This document shows positions 18,297-28,204 of a DNA stretch of 64,000 nucleotides, piece after piece; the first letter of the stretch is position 1, and every line of letters begins with the position of its first letter. A model generated the notes under the pieces. The model saw nothing but the letters and a program-made list of their open reading frames with translations. It had not been told where the DNA came from and did not search any database. The stretch spans positions 368,029 to 432,028 of the forward strand of contig CAVRCJ010000006.1 in NCBI GenBank assembly GCA_963719515.1, in the 5' to 3' direction. Both the position numbers and the translations under genes were made by a program. The DNA is from an uncultured cyanobacterium (GTDB lineage: Bacteria; Cyanobacteriota; Cyanobacteriia; CAKZMO01).

Positions 18297-19169
18297 CTAT
18301 GGCTGGGCTGCTTCTGACTCGTCATTCTCTTGAGACGATTCCCCTTCTGACTGAGCCTCTTGAGCCGCTTCTAGCGCTTCAAGGGAGGGAACAAGCCGCA
18401 GCTGCAGCAGCTCTTCGTCCTCAGTTGTTTCTAGGGTTTGAATCAGCTCCTCTAGGCGAATAATGAACGGATCGAGTCCTTCAGCAAATTCGGGCTGACG
18501 CTCGCCAATGGCGGCTATCAAGGCTTGCAGCTGATCATAAGAGAAGAATAGTGGGACAATCTGATTGTCCTCACCATCTGGGACGGTCAGGAGTCCCTCT
18601 TCATCTGAACCCGTAGCGCTGCGGGCTGTAAATAGCGGCACGCCCAAAAATTCGCTGACGGTTGAGGGGTCTTCGCCATTCTCCTCTAGCTCACTCTGCA
18701 GGATCTCCACGGCAGAAGCGGCTTCATCTCGGGAAGGCACAAACACAAACTCAAGGCGGTTCTCGGGGTCTTGACCCTCAACCGCCGCCGCATAGATTCG
18801 ACCCAGCGATACCGGGGTGACGCGAACCTCCGATGCCAGGTCTGGGTTACTCTCCTGAAGCGAGCCTAGAAATGCTGCGGCATCTGCTTGGGTAATAAAT
18901 ACTCTGACGAGCGGTGCCCCCGGCTCTCCCTCTTGAGGCTCGGCGACCAGCGGCGCTCTATCTTCATCGGTGATGGTGAATACCGGCACGGCCCGAAGCT
19001 GTTGAACAACTTCCTCTTGGGTAAGAGCCCAAGCGCTGTTGGCGACGCCCAGCACTGCTCCGGCGACGATGCCGCCAAGGGCAAATGCGGCGCTCTGGCG
19101 AGTAAATAGATTCATGGGGGCTCCTGGTCTAAACTGTAGTTTGCTGAAAAGGGTCTTCCAAAGGGTCAA
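18297..19169 (-). CDS. Tic22-family-like periplasmic protein
   Basis: The Tic22 call rests on a signal sequence, two VP(V/L)F(T/F) motifs and an acidic C-terminus, and is moderate. Confidence 0.5.
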   Translation of the reverse strand: MTLWKTLFSKLQFRPGAPMNLFTRQSAAFALGGIVAGAVLGVANSAWALTQEEVVQQLRAVPVFTITDEDRAPLVAEPQEGEPGAPLVRVFITQADAAAFLGSLQESNPDLASEVRVTPVSLGRIYAAAVEGQDPENRLEFVFVPSRDEAASAVEILQSELEENGEDPSTVSEFLGVPLFTARSATGSDEEGLLTVPDGEDNQIVPLFFSYDQLQALIAAIGERQPEFAEGLDPFIIRLEELIQTLETTEDEELLQLRLVPSLEALEAAQEAQSEGESSQENDESEAAQP

Positions 19170-19360
19170 TTCACTCGGCTCACGCAGCCGTAGCAGGGCG
19201 CTAACGGGCTCGTCAGCTCAGCAATGGAGGAGATTGTCTTATGTCCTGAATCGTTTGTCAATTGACGGCGAATTGGGTTACTAAGTCTTCTTAGACCCAA
19301 TAAAAACGAGGTTTTCAACTTTTCAAGCGGTAGCGATCGCCGTCCGGATAAGCTTCGACA

Positions 19361-20335
19361 CTAAGCGCCGTCACGCTGGGTCACGCAGTCCTGCAGCGTC
19401 TCTTGCACCGAGCGAGGCCTCCATCCCAGCTGACGCTTTGCCTTAGATCCATCGACGCGCACACAGCGATCATAGATGTAGTGAACCCGCTCTCGGCTCA
19501 GGGGCGGTTGCCAGTTCGTCAACCGTCCAATGGGGTCTAGCAGGTTACCCGCCAGCCGGACAACGGCAGGGGGCACCTCCGCCGGGGCCGGTACCCCGGT
19601 TATCTGGCTCAGCTGGTCAAACATTTCCCGCGTCGTCAGCTCGTCCGCCGACAAAATGAAATGCTCACCCGGCTGCCCCTGCTCAATTGCCAGCAGCATA
19701 CCGTCGACTAAATCATCCACATGCACGATCCCCGTCACGCGATCGCCCCCAGCCCACACCTTTAGCTTGCCGCGCCGGAACGTCTCTAGGACGGGGCCAA
19801 AGTGGGGGTCGTCGGGGCCAAAGATGCCCGAGGGCATGACGCTAACCGCATGAAGCCCCGCTGCAGCGGCCTCATCGACTAGCTTTTGGGCTTCGTATTT
19901 GGTGCGATCGTAAGCAGAGGAAAAGCCTGTCTGCTGACGCTCAAAGGTCTCATCGATTACCTTGCCCTGGGTATCCCCGTAGATTCCAATCGTGCTGCAG
20001 TACAGCAGCCGGGAGCTTGCCTCTCTCGCGGCTGCGAGCACGGTGCGGGTGCCCTCAATATTGACGTGGGCCATCCGCTCTGCATCCACAACCCCTAGCT
20101 CTACGTACGCCGCCGTATGGAACACCCAGTCTACCTCTGACATCGCCTGAGTCAGAGCGGCTCGGTCGGTGACATCACCGTAGGCCAGCGCTAGATCGCC
20201 TTCAATCTGCGGTTCTAGGCGAGATAGATTACTCGTAGGGCGCACAAAACCAACTACCTGATGGCCACGATGCAGCAGCGCTTTAGCTAGATGCGACCCC
20301 GTGAACCCGCTGGCCCCCGTGACTAGCGCCTTCAT
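19361..20335 (-). CDS. NAD-dependent epimerase/dehydratase family protein (extended SDR)
   Basis: VTGASGFTGSHL matches the Rossmann GxxGxxG and the YxxxK region is present. Confidence 0.8.
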   Translation of the reverse strand: MKALVTGASGFTGSHLAKALLHRGHQVVGFVRPTSNLSRLEPQIEGDLALAYGDVTDRAALTQAMSEVDWVFHTAAYVELGVVDAERMAHVNIEGTRTVLAAAREASSRLLYCSTIGIYGDTQGKVIDETFERQQTGFSSAYDRTKYEAQKLVDEAAAAGLHAVSVMPSGIFGPDDPHFGPVLETFRRGKLKVWAGGDRVTGIVHVDDLVDGMLLAIEQGQPGEHFILSADELTTREMFDQLSQITGVPAPAEVPPAVVRLAGNLLDPIGRLTNWQPPLSRERVHYIYDRCVRVDGSKAKRQLGWRPRSVQETLQDCVTQRDGA

Positions 20336-21486
20336 AGTGCTTTCTCGTAGGTGCGATAGGTTTTGTAGATGGTGGCCCCCGTCGCCTCTACAATGCTGCG
20401 GGAGGCGCTGTTGTTCTCGTAGACGTACCCTAGCTCGGCAAAGCGATAGGGCTTACTCGTTTGTCTACCATAATTGAACCCTAAATAGATGAGACCCAAG
20501 GGGACCATGCGGCGGCGGTGCTCTGGCAGGGCGCAGATGACCAGCACTCGCAGCTGATCAATAAACCGGCGATACCAGAGAAACTTCAGTTTACCCAGTA
20601 AGTCAAGCCGTCCGTTGAGTCGCTTGAGCACAATATTGTAGTCCGGCAGCGTCATAAAAAAGCCGATCATCTTGCCCTCGTATTCCGCAATCCAAAAAAT
20701 GTCTGGGTCCACCAAGGATTGTAGATCTTTTGCCTCTTCCCGGAACTCTTCTAGAGTTCGTGCTGTCGCACCCCAGTTGTCGGCGAACATCTTTGTAAAC
20801 AGGTGGTACATCTGCGTCACGTCTTGCCAAAAGGCCTCTCCTTTTGTGTGCAGCGGACGAAACTCAACCCCCGATCTAACGGCGATGTTATAGCCCCGCT
20901 CATACTGAGGCGGCAGATCTTCCGAGCCGTCTAGCCCATAGGAATAGGCGTCTATGGCCTTCTCCCATCCCAGCTGCTCCATAAACTTAGGATAGTGGGG
21001 TGGGTTGTAGGGCATCATGATCATCGGCGGGGAGTCGAACCGATCCAACAGGAAGAGGCAGCGGTTGTGAGTAGACAGGTTTATGGGTCCCTGCACAGCC
21101 GTCATTCCCTGTTGCACAAGCCAGGCCGCGGCCTCATCGAACAGGGCCTCAGCAACCTCAACGTCGTCAATACACTCGAAGTAGCCAAAAATCCCAACGG
21201 GGCGCTGCTCTTTCTCAATGAGTCGCTGGTTGACCGCAGCAACGATGCGGCCAACAGTGGCACCCTGTTTACTGGCGACGAATGCCCGAAAGGTGCCATA
21301 TTTCAAAAACTCGTTGTCTACGGCGAACAGCTGAGCCTCGCTGCTTCTCAGTGGAGGAACCCAGCAATCATTGCCCTCATAGACCCGGTAAGGGAGGTCT
21401 ATAAATGCGGTTTGAGTCTGGGGCGACGTCACGGCCTCAACTGTGATGCCTGAAGAATTGACAACGCTAGTCATTAGTCCTGCCAC
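20332..21486 (-). CDS. GNAT-like acyltransferase family protein (about 380 aa)
   Basis: The ORF is 384 aa with a 4-nt overlap onto the downstream epimerase gene. The fold assignment is tentative. Confidence 0.45.
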   Translation of the reverse strand: MAGLMTSVVNSSGITVEAVTSPQTQTAFIDLPYRVYEGNDCWVPPLRSSEAQLFAVDNEFLKYGTFRAFVASKQGATVGRIVAAVNQRLIEKEQRPVGIFGYFECIDDVEVAEALFDEAAAWLVQQGMTAVQGPINLSTHNRCLFLLDRFDSPPMIMMPYNPPHYPKFMEQLGWEKAIDAYSYGLDGSEDLPPQYERGYNIAVRSGVEFRPLHTKGEAFWQDVTQMYHLFTKMFADNWGATARTLEEFREEAKDLQSLVDPDIFWIAEYEGKMIGFFMTLPDYNIVLKRLNGRLDLLGKLKFLWYRRFIDQLRVLVICALPEHRRRMVPLGLIYLGFNYGRQTSKPYRFAELGYVYENNSASRSIVEATGATIYKTYRTYEKAL

Positions 21487-21581
21487 CGTAAACTGCTCTT
21501 AGCTTACATGGGGCGGGTTTAGGCGTCTAGAGAAGCACTCACCCATAAAGGACTGCTGCGATCGCACCATTATCGCTTCGA

Positions 21582-22541
21582 TCACAGCGCCGCCATGTAC
21601 TCCCGCAAATCTTGACGCTTGCCTCGCAGCCGCCGCAGGGCGTCCTGCTGAATCTGGCGAACCCGCTCTCGGCTAACGTCTAGCTCATCGCCAATTTTTG
21701 CCAGAGTGAGCACGCGTCCGTCCCGGAGTCCAAACCTGAGGGTGAGGACCTCCTGCTGCTGGGGGGTAAGATCGCTCATTAGATCGGCTAGATCTTGTTT
21801 TAGATGCCGGTTTACGACAATATCCTCGGGCGAGGCACCATCATCAGGTAGCAGATCCCCCAGGTGATTGTTATCGTTGTCGCCAATGGTCAGATCTAGA
21901 GACAGGGGTTGGCGAGCCCGATCGAGGTAGTAGCGGACCTTGTCAGGAGAGATGTCCGTTTCTTGCGATAGCTCAGCCACCGTAGCCGATCGCCCTAATC
22001 GCTGCGAGACTTGACGTTGAGCCTTCTTGATTTTATTCAGCTGCTCGACCACATGTATCGGAAGGCGAATAGTACGACTTTGCTCTGCGATCGCTCGGGT
22101 GATGGCCTGTCGAATCCACCAGTAGGCGTAGGTGGAGAATCGATAGCCCTTGGAGGGGTCAAACTTCTCTACACCTCGGTAGAGCCCCAGAGTGCCCTCC
22201 TGAATCAAATCAAGAAACTCTAAGTTGGATTTGATGTATTTCTTGGCAATGGAAACCACTAGCCGGAGGTTGGCCCGCACCATCTTCACTTTGGCGCGCT
22301 TACCTTCACGCAGCGATCGCCGCAGCTGGTTGACTGAAAGGTCAGCAGCCTCGGCCCAGTCGCAGAGCTCTAGTTCGCTCGCTTCTGTTGACTCCAAAAG
22401 GCGATCGCGCACCGCTTCCAAGTCCACTAAACACCGCACCTGCTTACCCAAAATAATTTCTTGCTCATGGGTCAGCAAAGGAACGCGTCCAATCTCTTCC
22501 AAATAGGCGCGGACTGGGTCAATACGGCGAGTAACAGTCAT
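21582..22541 (-). CDS. RNA polymerase sigma-70 factor, group 2 (RpoD-like)
   Basis: Region 2 [21 protein letters not shown], the LIQEGTLGL motif, the [10 protein letters not shown] region 2.4 and a region 4 HTH are present. Confidence 0.9.
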   Translation of the reverse strand: MTVTRRIDPVRAYLEEIGRVPLLTHEQEIILGKQVRCLVDLEAVRDRLLESTEASELELCDWAEAADLSVNQLRRSLREGKRAKVKMVRANLRLVVSIAKKYIKSNLEFLDLIQEGTLGLYRGVEKFDPSKGYRFSTYAYWWIRQAITRAIAEQSRTIRLPIHVVEQLNKIKKAQRQVSQRLGRSATVAELSQETDISPDKVRYYLDRARQPLSLDLTIGDNDNNHLGDLLPDDGASPEDIVVNRHLKQDLADLMSDLTPQQQEVLTLRFGLRDGRVLTLAKIGDELDVSRERVRQIQQDALRRLRGKRQDLREYMAAL

Positions 22542-23039
22542 AGTAATAATGAAACACCTCAGCAATCAAAAAGTATCAAATTCAGAGATAGCGTATATTC
22601 CATAAGTCGCATGCATCCACCGTCAGCTTTTGAAGCAGCTTAACTTATGGGGCAGCAAGACCAACCACAAGAGACAAAGCCGCTATAGAGCTCAATCTCG
22701 ACCTACGAGCAGTGGACTGCTTGCTAATTAACCCTCATGAAACCTAAATCATCACGCCGTGCAGTGCCAGAGACGCTGCACGGCCACACCGGCAGAAAAA
22801 ACAATCCGTACAAAACGTAGTCCGCACGAATCAGTATAGAACTGCTGCCTGCATACGCTCATGTGCAACGGCATTGCACGCAATAAACATCCCCTCTCGT
22901 CTCTCCATCATAGCATGAAATGCCAATTTTGAACAGCATTTTATGACGGTTGAACGCAGGAAGCCCCGAACTACGGACGAGAAGTTTAGGTGAGGTAGCA
23001 GAATCTAAACCCTCGGAGATAGCTCTTTCCTCGCACTTT

Positions 23040-23087
23040 AAAAGCCTATTAGACCGTATCCGTAAAAGCCTATTAGACCGTATCCGT
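23040..23087. repeat. Perfect 2 x 24-bp tandem repeat (aaaagcctattagaccgtatccgt) in a 760-bp intergenic region
   Basis: I read it directly. Confidence 0.9.
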
Positions 23088-23328
23088 CAGGTCCCCTTTT
23101 ACGGCACAGGTGAAAACGACAGGGTCAGTCTGCGCCGCCGCACTGTCGACTCAGGTCAAGAGTATTGCACTTACAGAGTCTACCTCTAGAACGATGACAG
23201 CATGATGTTGAAATTAAGCTGGTGATTTCTCGACTTATTTTTCAGAATGTTTGCTACTTTTTTAGAGGGAACCCGCTTGAATCATTTTCAGAATTCGAGC
23301 CTACTTTTATTCCCTTAACGCTGTTTCG

Positions 23329-23757
23329 TTGCAAAGGAATTCATTGATGACGCTTCAAAGCTATTGCTCGAATTTAAAAAAGAAGGCGATCGCTGCACTC
23401 AGCTTAGCTAGTCTGGTGTTGTGCTTAGCCGCCCTACCCGCAGGCCAAGCGCAAGCTGCCCCTCAGCAAGCTGGACAAAATACCTACTTCTCCGACATCT
23501 ATACCGGTCAGGTCCAGTCGCTAGATCAGTTTGACTCCTCACAGCTCGACGCCATTGCGGCTTGCCTGCCCGAGGAAATTAGCGCCAACAACGAAGACAT
23601 CGGCGATCGCGTCGCCCGTGCTTTCGGCGAGATGGGGAACGATTTTCTCGAGCGTGCGTTTAATCTCAAGGACAACCCAGAACTTAGCGATGCGGAGCTA
23701 GCGTTTCGCGACTGCTTGCAGGGTAAAGGGGTCAAGTTTACTTCTCCTGTCCGGTAG
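23329..23757 (+). CDS. hypothetical secreted protein
   Basis: A signal peptide (AIAALSLASLVLCLAALPAGQAQA) is present. I recognise no domain. Confidence 0.45.
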   Translation: MQRNSLMTLQSYCSNLKKKAIAALSLASLVLCLAALPAGQAQAAPQQAGQNTYFSDIYTGQVQSLDQFDSSQLDAIAACLPEEISANNEDIGDRVARAFGEMGNDFLERAFNLKDNPELSDAELAFRDCLQGKGVKFTSPVR

Positions 23758-23949
23758 TCTATAGTCCACCAACGGATATCGCTGAACTTCACGACACGGC
23801 TGGACAGCGTAGATTAAGAGCAGCCCAGAGGTCTCAAAGGAGCGTCTGGGCTGCTGCTGTGAAGGCTCTTGCTACACCATAAAATTCCGAGGGGTGACTG
23901 CTGAACTTCGGTACAATCTGGGCAGATTGACCCTACCGGTTTTTGTACT

Positions 23950-24675
23950 TTGACTCCTCTAGACTCATTCCAACCGTCAGCAGATCAGGTCCAAGACCTA
24001 TTTGACCGGATTGCCCCCCAATACGACGCCCTCAACACCTGGTTGAGCTTTGGACAGCACTGGGTCTGGAAACAAATGGCCGTAAATTGGGCAAAGCCCT
24101 TCTCTGGGGCGACTTGCCTAGACGTCTGCTGCGGTAGCGGCGACCTCACCTACCTGTTAGCGCGGCAGGTGGGACCTCAAGGGCGGGTTGTTGGGCTTGA
24201 CTTTGCACCCCAGCAGCTGGCGATCGCTCGTCAGCGCTCAGAACTACAGTGGAACCTGTCCCTAGCCCCTATCACCTGGACGGTCGGTGATGCCCTCCAT
24301 CTGCCCTACGACGATGAGACGTACGACGCCGTCACCATGGGGTATGGACTGCGAAATGTGCTAGATATTCCTCGAAGCCTGCGGGAGCTGCACCGCGTGC
24401 TCAAACCCGGAGCGATCGCCGCTGTTCTAGACTTCCACCGACCCGGAGATCTCTGGACAAGCCGGTTTCAGCAGACCTATCTGGACTATTGGGTCGTGCC
24501 GGTGGCTCGGCAGTTCGGCCTGGAGACAGAGTATGCTTACATTAGCGACAGCTTACGTCGCTTCCCGACTGGAGACCGTCAGGTTGAGCTAGCCTACGAA
24601 GCTGGGTTTGCAGCAGCGGTCCACTACAAGATGGTGGGTGGCATGATGGGAGCCTTAGTCGTCACAAAAGCTTAA
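23950..24675 (+). CDS. menG: demethylphylloquinone/menaquinone methyltransferase (UbiE/MenG family)
   Basis: The family N-terminus [25 protein letters not shown] and the SAM motif [10 protein letters not shown] are present. Confidence 0.8.
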   Translation: MTPLDSFQPSADQVQDLFDRIAPQYDALNTWLSFGQHWVWKQMAVNWAKPFSGATCLDVCCGSGDLTYLLARQVGPQGRVVGLDFAPQQLAIARQRSELQWNLSLAPITWTVGDALHLPYDDETYDAVTMGYGLRNVLDIPRSLRELHRVLKPGAIAAVLDFHRPGDLWTSRFQQTYLDYWVVPVARQFGLETEYAYISDSLRRFPTGDRQVELAYEAGFAAAVHYKMVGGMMGALVVTKA

Positions 24676-24700
24676 TTTCACCCAACCCCCTCCAATATTC

Positions 24701-25927
24701 GTGGCACTTTCCAACCTCTGGCTACTCATTGCCCCTCCGGTTATCGGAGGAATCATCGGCTACTTCACCAATGATTTAGCGCTCAAAATGCTGTTCCGCC
24801 CCTACCGCCCGGTTTATGTGGGCCGAAAGCAGCTGCCCTTTACGCCGGGACTTATCCCCAGTAACCAAGAGCGGTTGGCCAAACGAATTGCCGATACGAT
24901 TATGCAGTCGCTGCTCACACCGGCAGAGCTACAAAAGCTAGCGCGGCGGCTACTGGCGTTAGAGCGCATGCAGTCAGCGATCAGCTGGCTCCTACAAATG
25001 GCGGTAGAGCAGGTCGGCCCCAACGAGGAAAAAGCTACGCGCATTGTGGCTGGCATTTTGGAAGATTTGGCCGAGGAGTCTTTGCCCAAGCTGCTCAAGG
25101 CGGTAACCCGCAACGAGGACTTTTTAGAGCCGCAGTTTAACCAGGTTTTTGATCGGGTACTGCTGGAGCTTCAGCTTACGGAGGCCCAGGCAGAGCAAGT
25201 GTCCACCTGGCTTTTAAGCACCGTACTCTCTCCCGATACCCTTCGTCAGACCCTCGTCGATTTTTTGACTGACCGCAATATTCGCACTATCGACGAAGCC
25301 ATCCGCGAGCAGACCACCGGTACCTATTGGGTGGTGGCCAATATCATCGGACTGCGTAATACTCTTTTGCGACTGCGCACCTACTGCCTAGAGGAGCAGG
25401 ATGCTAGCAACGCCAAAATTGCCCGCCTAATTCAACAGCTTGACCTAAAGGGGCGGCTGCAGGAGTGGATACAGAACTTTTCTCTACAAAATTTGCCGGT
25501 GTACACCGTACGGCAGATTCGACAGACGGCCCACCAAACCCTGCGAGAGTACATCTACCTGCAGGGGGGGAAGGTGCTGAAAGATCTCGGAGAGTCGATC
25601 AACTGGCGGGCGATCGCCTCCCTTTTGGTAGAGCGGTTGCGCAGCTCAGACACCATTGCCAAAGCGCTGGTGCCGGTGAGCTATGAGCTAGCGCTGGTCT
25701 TAGAGCGCTACCTAGAGCGTGATTTGGAAACCATTGTCGCTCAGGTCATCCCTATCTTGAACATCGACCAGGTGATCATTGAGCGCATCAATGCCACCAC
25801 GCCTCAGGAGCTAGAGGTGACGATTCAGGGCATCGTCCGCAGCGAACTTCAGGCCATTGTCAATTTAGGCGGCATTCTTGGATTCACAATTGGACTTTTG
25901 CAAGCTGCTTTTTTCGCTCTACAGTAG
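24701..25927 (+). CDS. DUF445-family membrane protein
   Basis: The N-terminal TM and the [18 protein letters not shown] motif are characteristic of DUF445. Confidence 0.7.
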   Translation: MALSNLWLLIAPPVIGGIIGYFTNDLALKMLFRPYRPVYVGRKQLPFTPGLIPSNQERLAKRIADTIMQSLLTPAELQKLARRLLALERMQSAISWLLQMAVEQVGPNEEKATRIVAGILEDLAEESLPKLLKAVTRNEDFLEPQFNQVFDRVLLELQLTEAQAEQVSTWLLSTVLSPDTLRQTLVDFLTDRNIRTIDEAIREQTTGTYWVVANIIGLRNTLLRLRTYCLEEQDASNAKIARLIQQLDLKGRLQEWIQNFSLQNLPVYTVRQIRQTAHQTLREYIYLQGGKVLKDLGESINWRAIASLLVERLRSSDTIAKALVPVSYELALVLERYLERDLETIVAQVIPILNIDQVIIERINATTPQELEVTIQGIVRSELQAIVNLGGILGFTIGLLQAAFFALQ

Positions 25928-26044
25928 CCGTCGCTAGAGGCTTCAATCTTGAAAAAATTGTTCCAGGACTTAATAATCTTGTGGGTTGGCGCCGCTTGAG
26001 ATAATGCGGCTGGCTACACCACGCAATTTGAACGGCGTCCAGAA

Positions 26045-26152
26045 ATATAGCAAAGCAACAAGACGCATATCGCTTTGGCCGCATTGCCTACACAACGTTA
26101 GGCTTTCAGCCGATTCTGGTACCTAAGCAACTGCACCAATGTAATAGGGCAT
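26045..26152 (+). repeat. Copy A of a roughly 110-nt dispersed element that carries a hairpin at the same position as copy B with a different stem sequence
   Basis: A 37-nt core ttgcctacacaacgttaggctttcagccgattctggt is identical to 50082-50118. The upstream hairpin is caaagc...gctttg. Confidence 0.6.
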
Positions 26153-26474
26153 CTGTGGAACTTATTTCTCTATCCTGACGCGATCGCTGAGGTTCGTATC
26201 AAGAAATAGAACCCTATACGGCAGCTTTTTCCATGGCGATCCATACCCTTGTATCCCTGAGTGTTTTCTCATGTATCGCCGTGCTATCTGACGCGGCGGT
26301 CGCCGTAGGGCCAATCCAAACGTCCACCGCGGCCAGCATTCAGCCTGACGGGCGATCTCAGATAGAGGCTGTCATCCATCAAGCCCATCGTGGAAGCGGA
26401 CGCTGCAGCACCGAGCTGTGCGGCGCAGAGCGCAGTGAGTCATAGCGGGCGGGCGCAGCAGCCCTGGGGCCCTG

Positions 26475-27476
26475 CTAAGCACTCTGTGCCAGCTTGATGC
26501 GGGGATCGATTACCTTGAGCAGCAGGTCGGCTAGCAAATTGCCAACAATCAGCATTACCGCTCCCATCATTAGGCTAGCCAGCACCAGGTAAAGATCTTG
26601 AGCCTGCACAGCCTGGAGCACTAAGAGGCCTAATCCCGGCCAATCAAAAAAAGTTTCGGTGATGAATGCCCCACTGAGCAATGCCGAAAATTCGAAGCCC
26701 AGCAGCGTAATCAGAGGATTGACGGCGTTTCGCAGCGCATGGACATAGATCACCTTATTCTCCGGCAGCCCCTTTGCCCGTGCCGTACGAATGTAGTCCT
26801 GTCGCAGCACGTCGAGCAGCTCGCCCCGCATGATGCGCTGCAGTCCGGCATAGCTCGTTAAGCTAAGGGCTAGCGTTGGTAAAATCAGGTGCCAGCCAAT
26901 GTCGACGACTTTACCCAATAGCGTCAGGTCGGCATGGTCGATGCTGGTCATGCCGCCCACCGGAAACAGCGGGGCCGTCATTTGAGCAAAGAACAGCAGC
27001 AGTAACCCGGTGATCAGCGTTGGCATTCCCTGGCCCAGGTAGCTAATCACCCGCAGCACCCGATCTACTAGCTTATTTTGGTGGACCGCGCCGATAATTC
27101 CTAAAGGAAGAGCGATCGCCCAGGTGACCAAAATCGACGAGAGCGACAGCAGCAGCGTCGCCGGAATCCGCTCAATTAAAATAGAGGTTACCGATCGCTG
27201 ATAGGCGAAGCTGGTGCCAAAATCCCCCCTTGTGAGGATTTGCCACAGCCAGCGACGATACTGTTCCCAAATAGGTCGATCCAGGCCAAAGCGGGCTTCG
27301 AGATCCTGGACGGTTTCCGGAGAAATTTGCGGGTTTTGCCGCAGGATATCTAGAAAATTGCCGGGGGCAAGCTGAATGATCAAAAAGCTCAGGAGGGAGG
27401 CGAGCAGCAGGGTCAGCAGCGCCTGCAGCAGCCGTTTGACTAGGAATGCAGCAGTCTCACTCGTAAAGAACCGCAT
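26475..27476 (-). CDS. ABC transporter permease (DppB/OppB-type)
   Basis: The EAA-like region DYIRTARAKGLPENKVIYVHALRNA and multiple TM segments are present. I chose a shorter start. Confidence 0.8.
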   Translation of the reverse strand: MRFFTSETAAFLVKRLLQALLTLLLASLLSFLIIQLAPGNFLDILRQNPQISPETVQDLEARFGLDRPIWEQYRRWLWQILTRGDFGTSFAYQRSVTSILIERIPATLLLSLSSILVTWAIALPLGIIGAVHQNKLVDRVLRVISYLGQGMPTLITGLLLLFFAQMTAPLFPVGGMTSIDHADLTLLGKVVDIGWHLILPTLALSLTSYAGLQRIMRGELLDVLRQDYIRTARAKGLPENKVIYVHALRNAVNPLITLLGFEFSALLSGAFITETFFDWPGLGLLVLQAVQAQDLYLVLASLMMGAVMLIVGNLLADLLLKVIDPRIKLAQSA

Positions 27477-27531
27477 CAAGGCAGTCAAGGCGGGTTTTAG
27501 CGGCGGGGAAGATGAGGTCATAAATAGCGCG

Positions 27532-28047
27532 CTAGTACTGAACCAAGGAGACAATGGGGACGCCTGAGGGCAGCTGCCTGCGTCCCTCAAGCTCGCTCAG
27601 CTCAATGATGAAGCCAAACCCCGCTACGTGGCAGCCTGCTTTTTCAATTAGGTTGGCGGTGGCGCGGGCGGTGCCGCCCGTCGCAATCAGATCGTCTACT
27701 ACCAGGACGCGGCTCCCGGCGACGAAAGCGTCCTGATGGATTTCGAGCCGATCGGTGCCGTACTCCAGATCGTACTGGGCACTGTACACCGCTGCCGGCA
27801 GCTTCCCTGGCTTGCGGACGAGCACGAAGCCTCGACCCAGGTGGCAGGCCAAGGGGGCTCCAAAGATGAAGCCCCGGGACTCCATGCCGACGACATAATC
27901 AATGGGCTCATCGGCGAACGCAGCCGCCAGGCCTTCGACGGTATAGCGGAGACCGTTCGGATCCCGGAGCAGGGTTGTGATGTCCCGAAACATGATGCCA
28001 GGCTTGGGAAAATCAGGAATAGTCCGAATTAGCGCTTTGAGATCCAT
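27532..28047 (-). CDS. apt: adenine phosphoribosyltransferase
   Basis: The N-terminus [18 protein letters not shown] and the PRPP motif [14 protein letters not shown] are present. Confidence 0.92.
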   Translation of the reverse strand: MDLKALIRTIPDFPKPGIMFRDITTLLRDPNGLRYTVEGLAAAFADEPIDYVVGMESRGFIFGAPLACHLGRGFVLVRKPGKLPAAVYSAQYDLEYGTDRLEIHQDAFVAGSRVLVVDDLIATGGTARATANLIEKAGCHVAGFGFIIELSELEGRRQLPSGVPIVSLVQY

Positions 28048-28204
28048 TACATTTTGGTTGCAAAAGCCTGCTGCGCGAACCTAACGGCAGCCTAATCACC
28101 GCAATCGTAGCATCTTCACTGCCGCGCCTTGTGATTGACTGCTGACCTAATTACTGACCTAATTGAGCTGTTGGCCTAGTGGGCCGCTGGCGGCAACCTG
28201 CTGA

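Noticed and set aside
20603-21453. ORFs 20603-20830, 20672-20893, 20995-21453 and 21102-21299 inside the GNAT-like gene
   Set aside because: They are nested or antisense with no supporting features.
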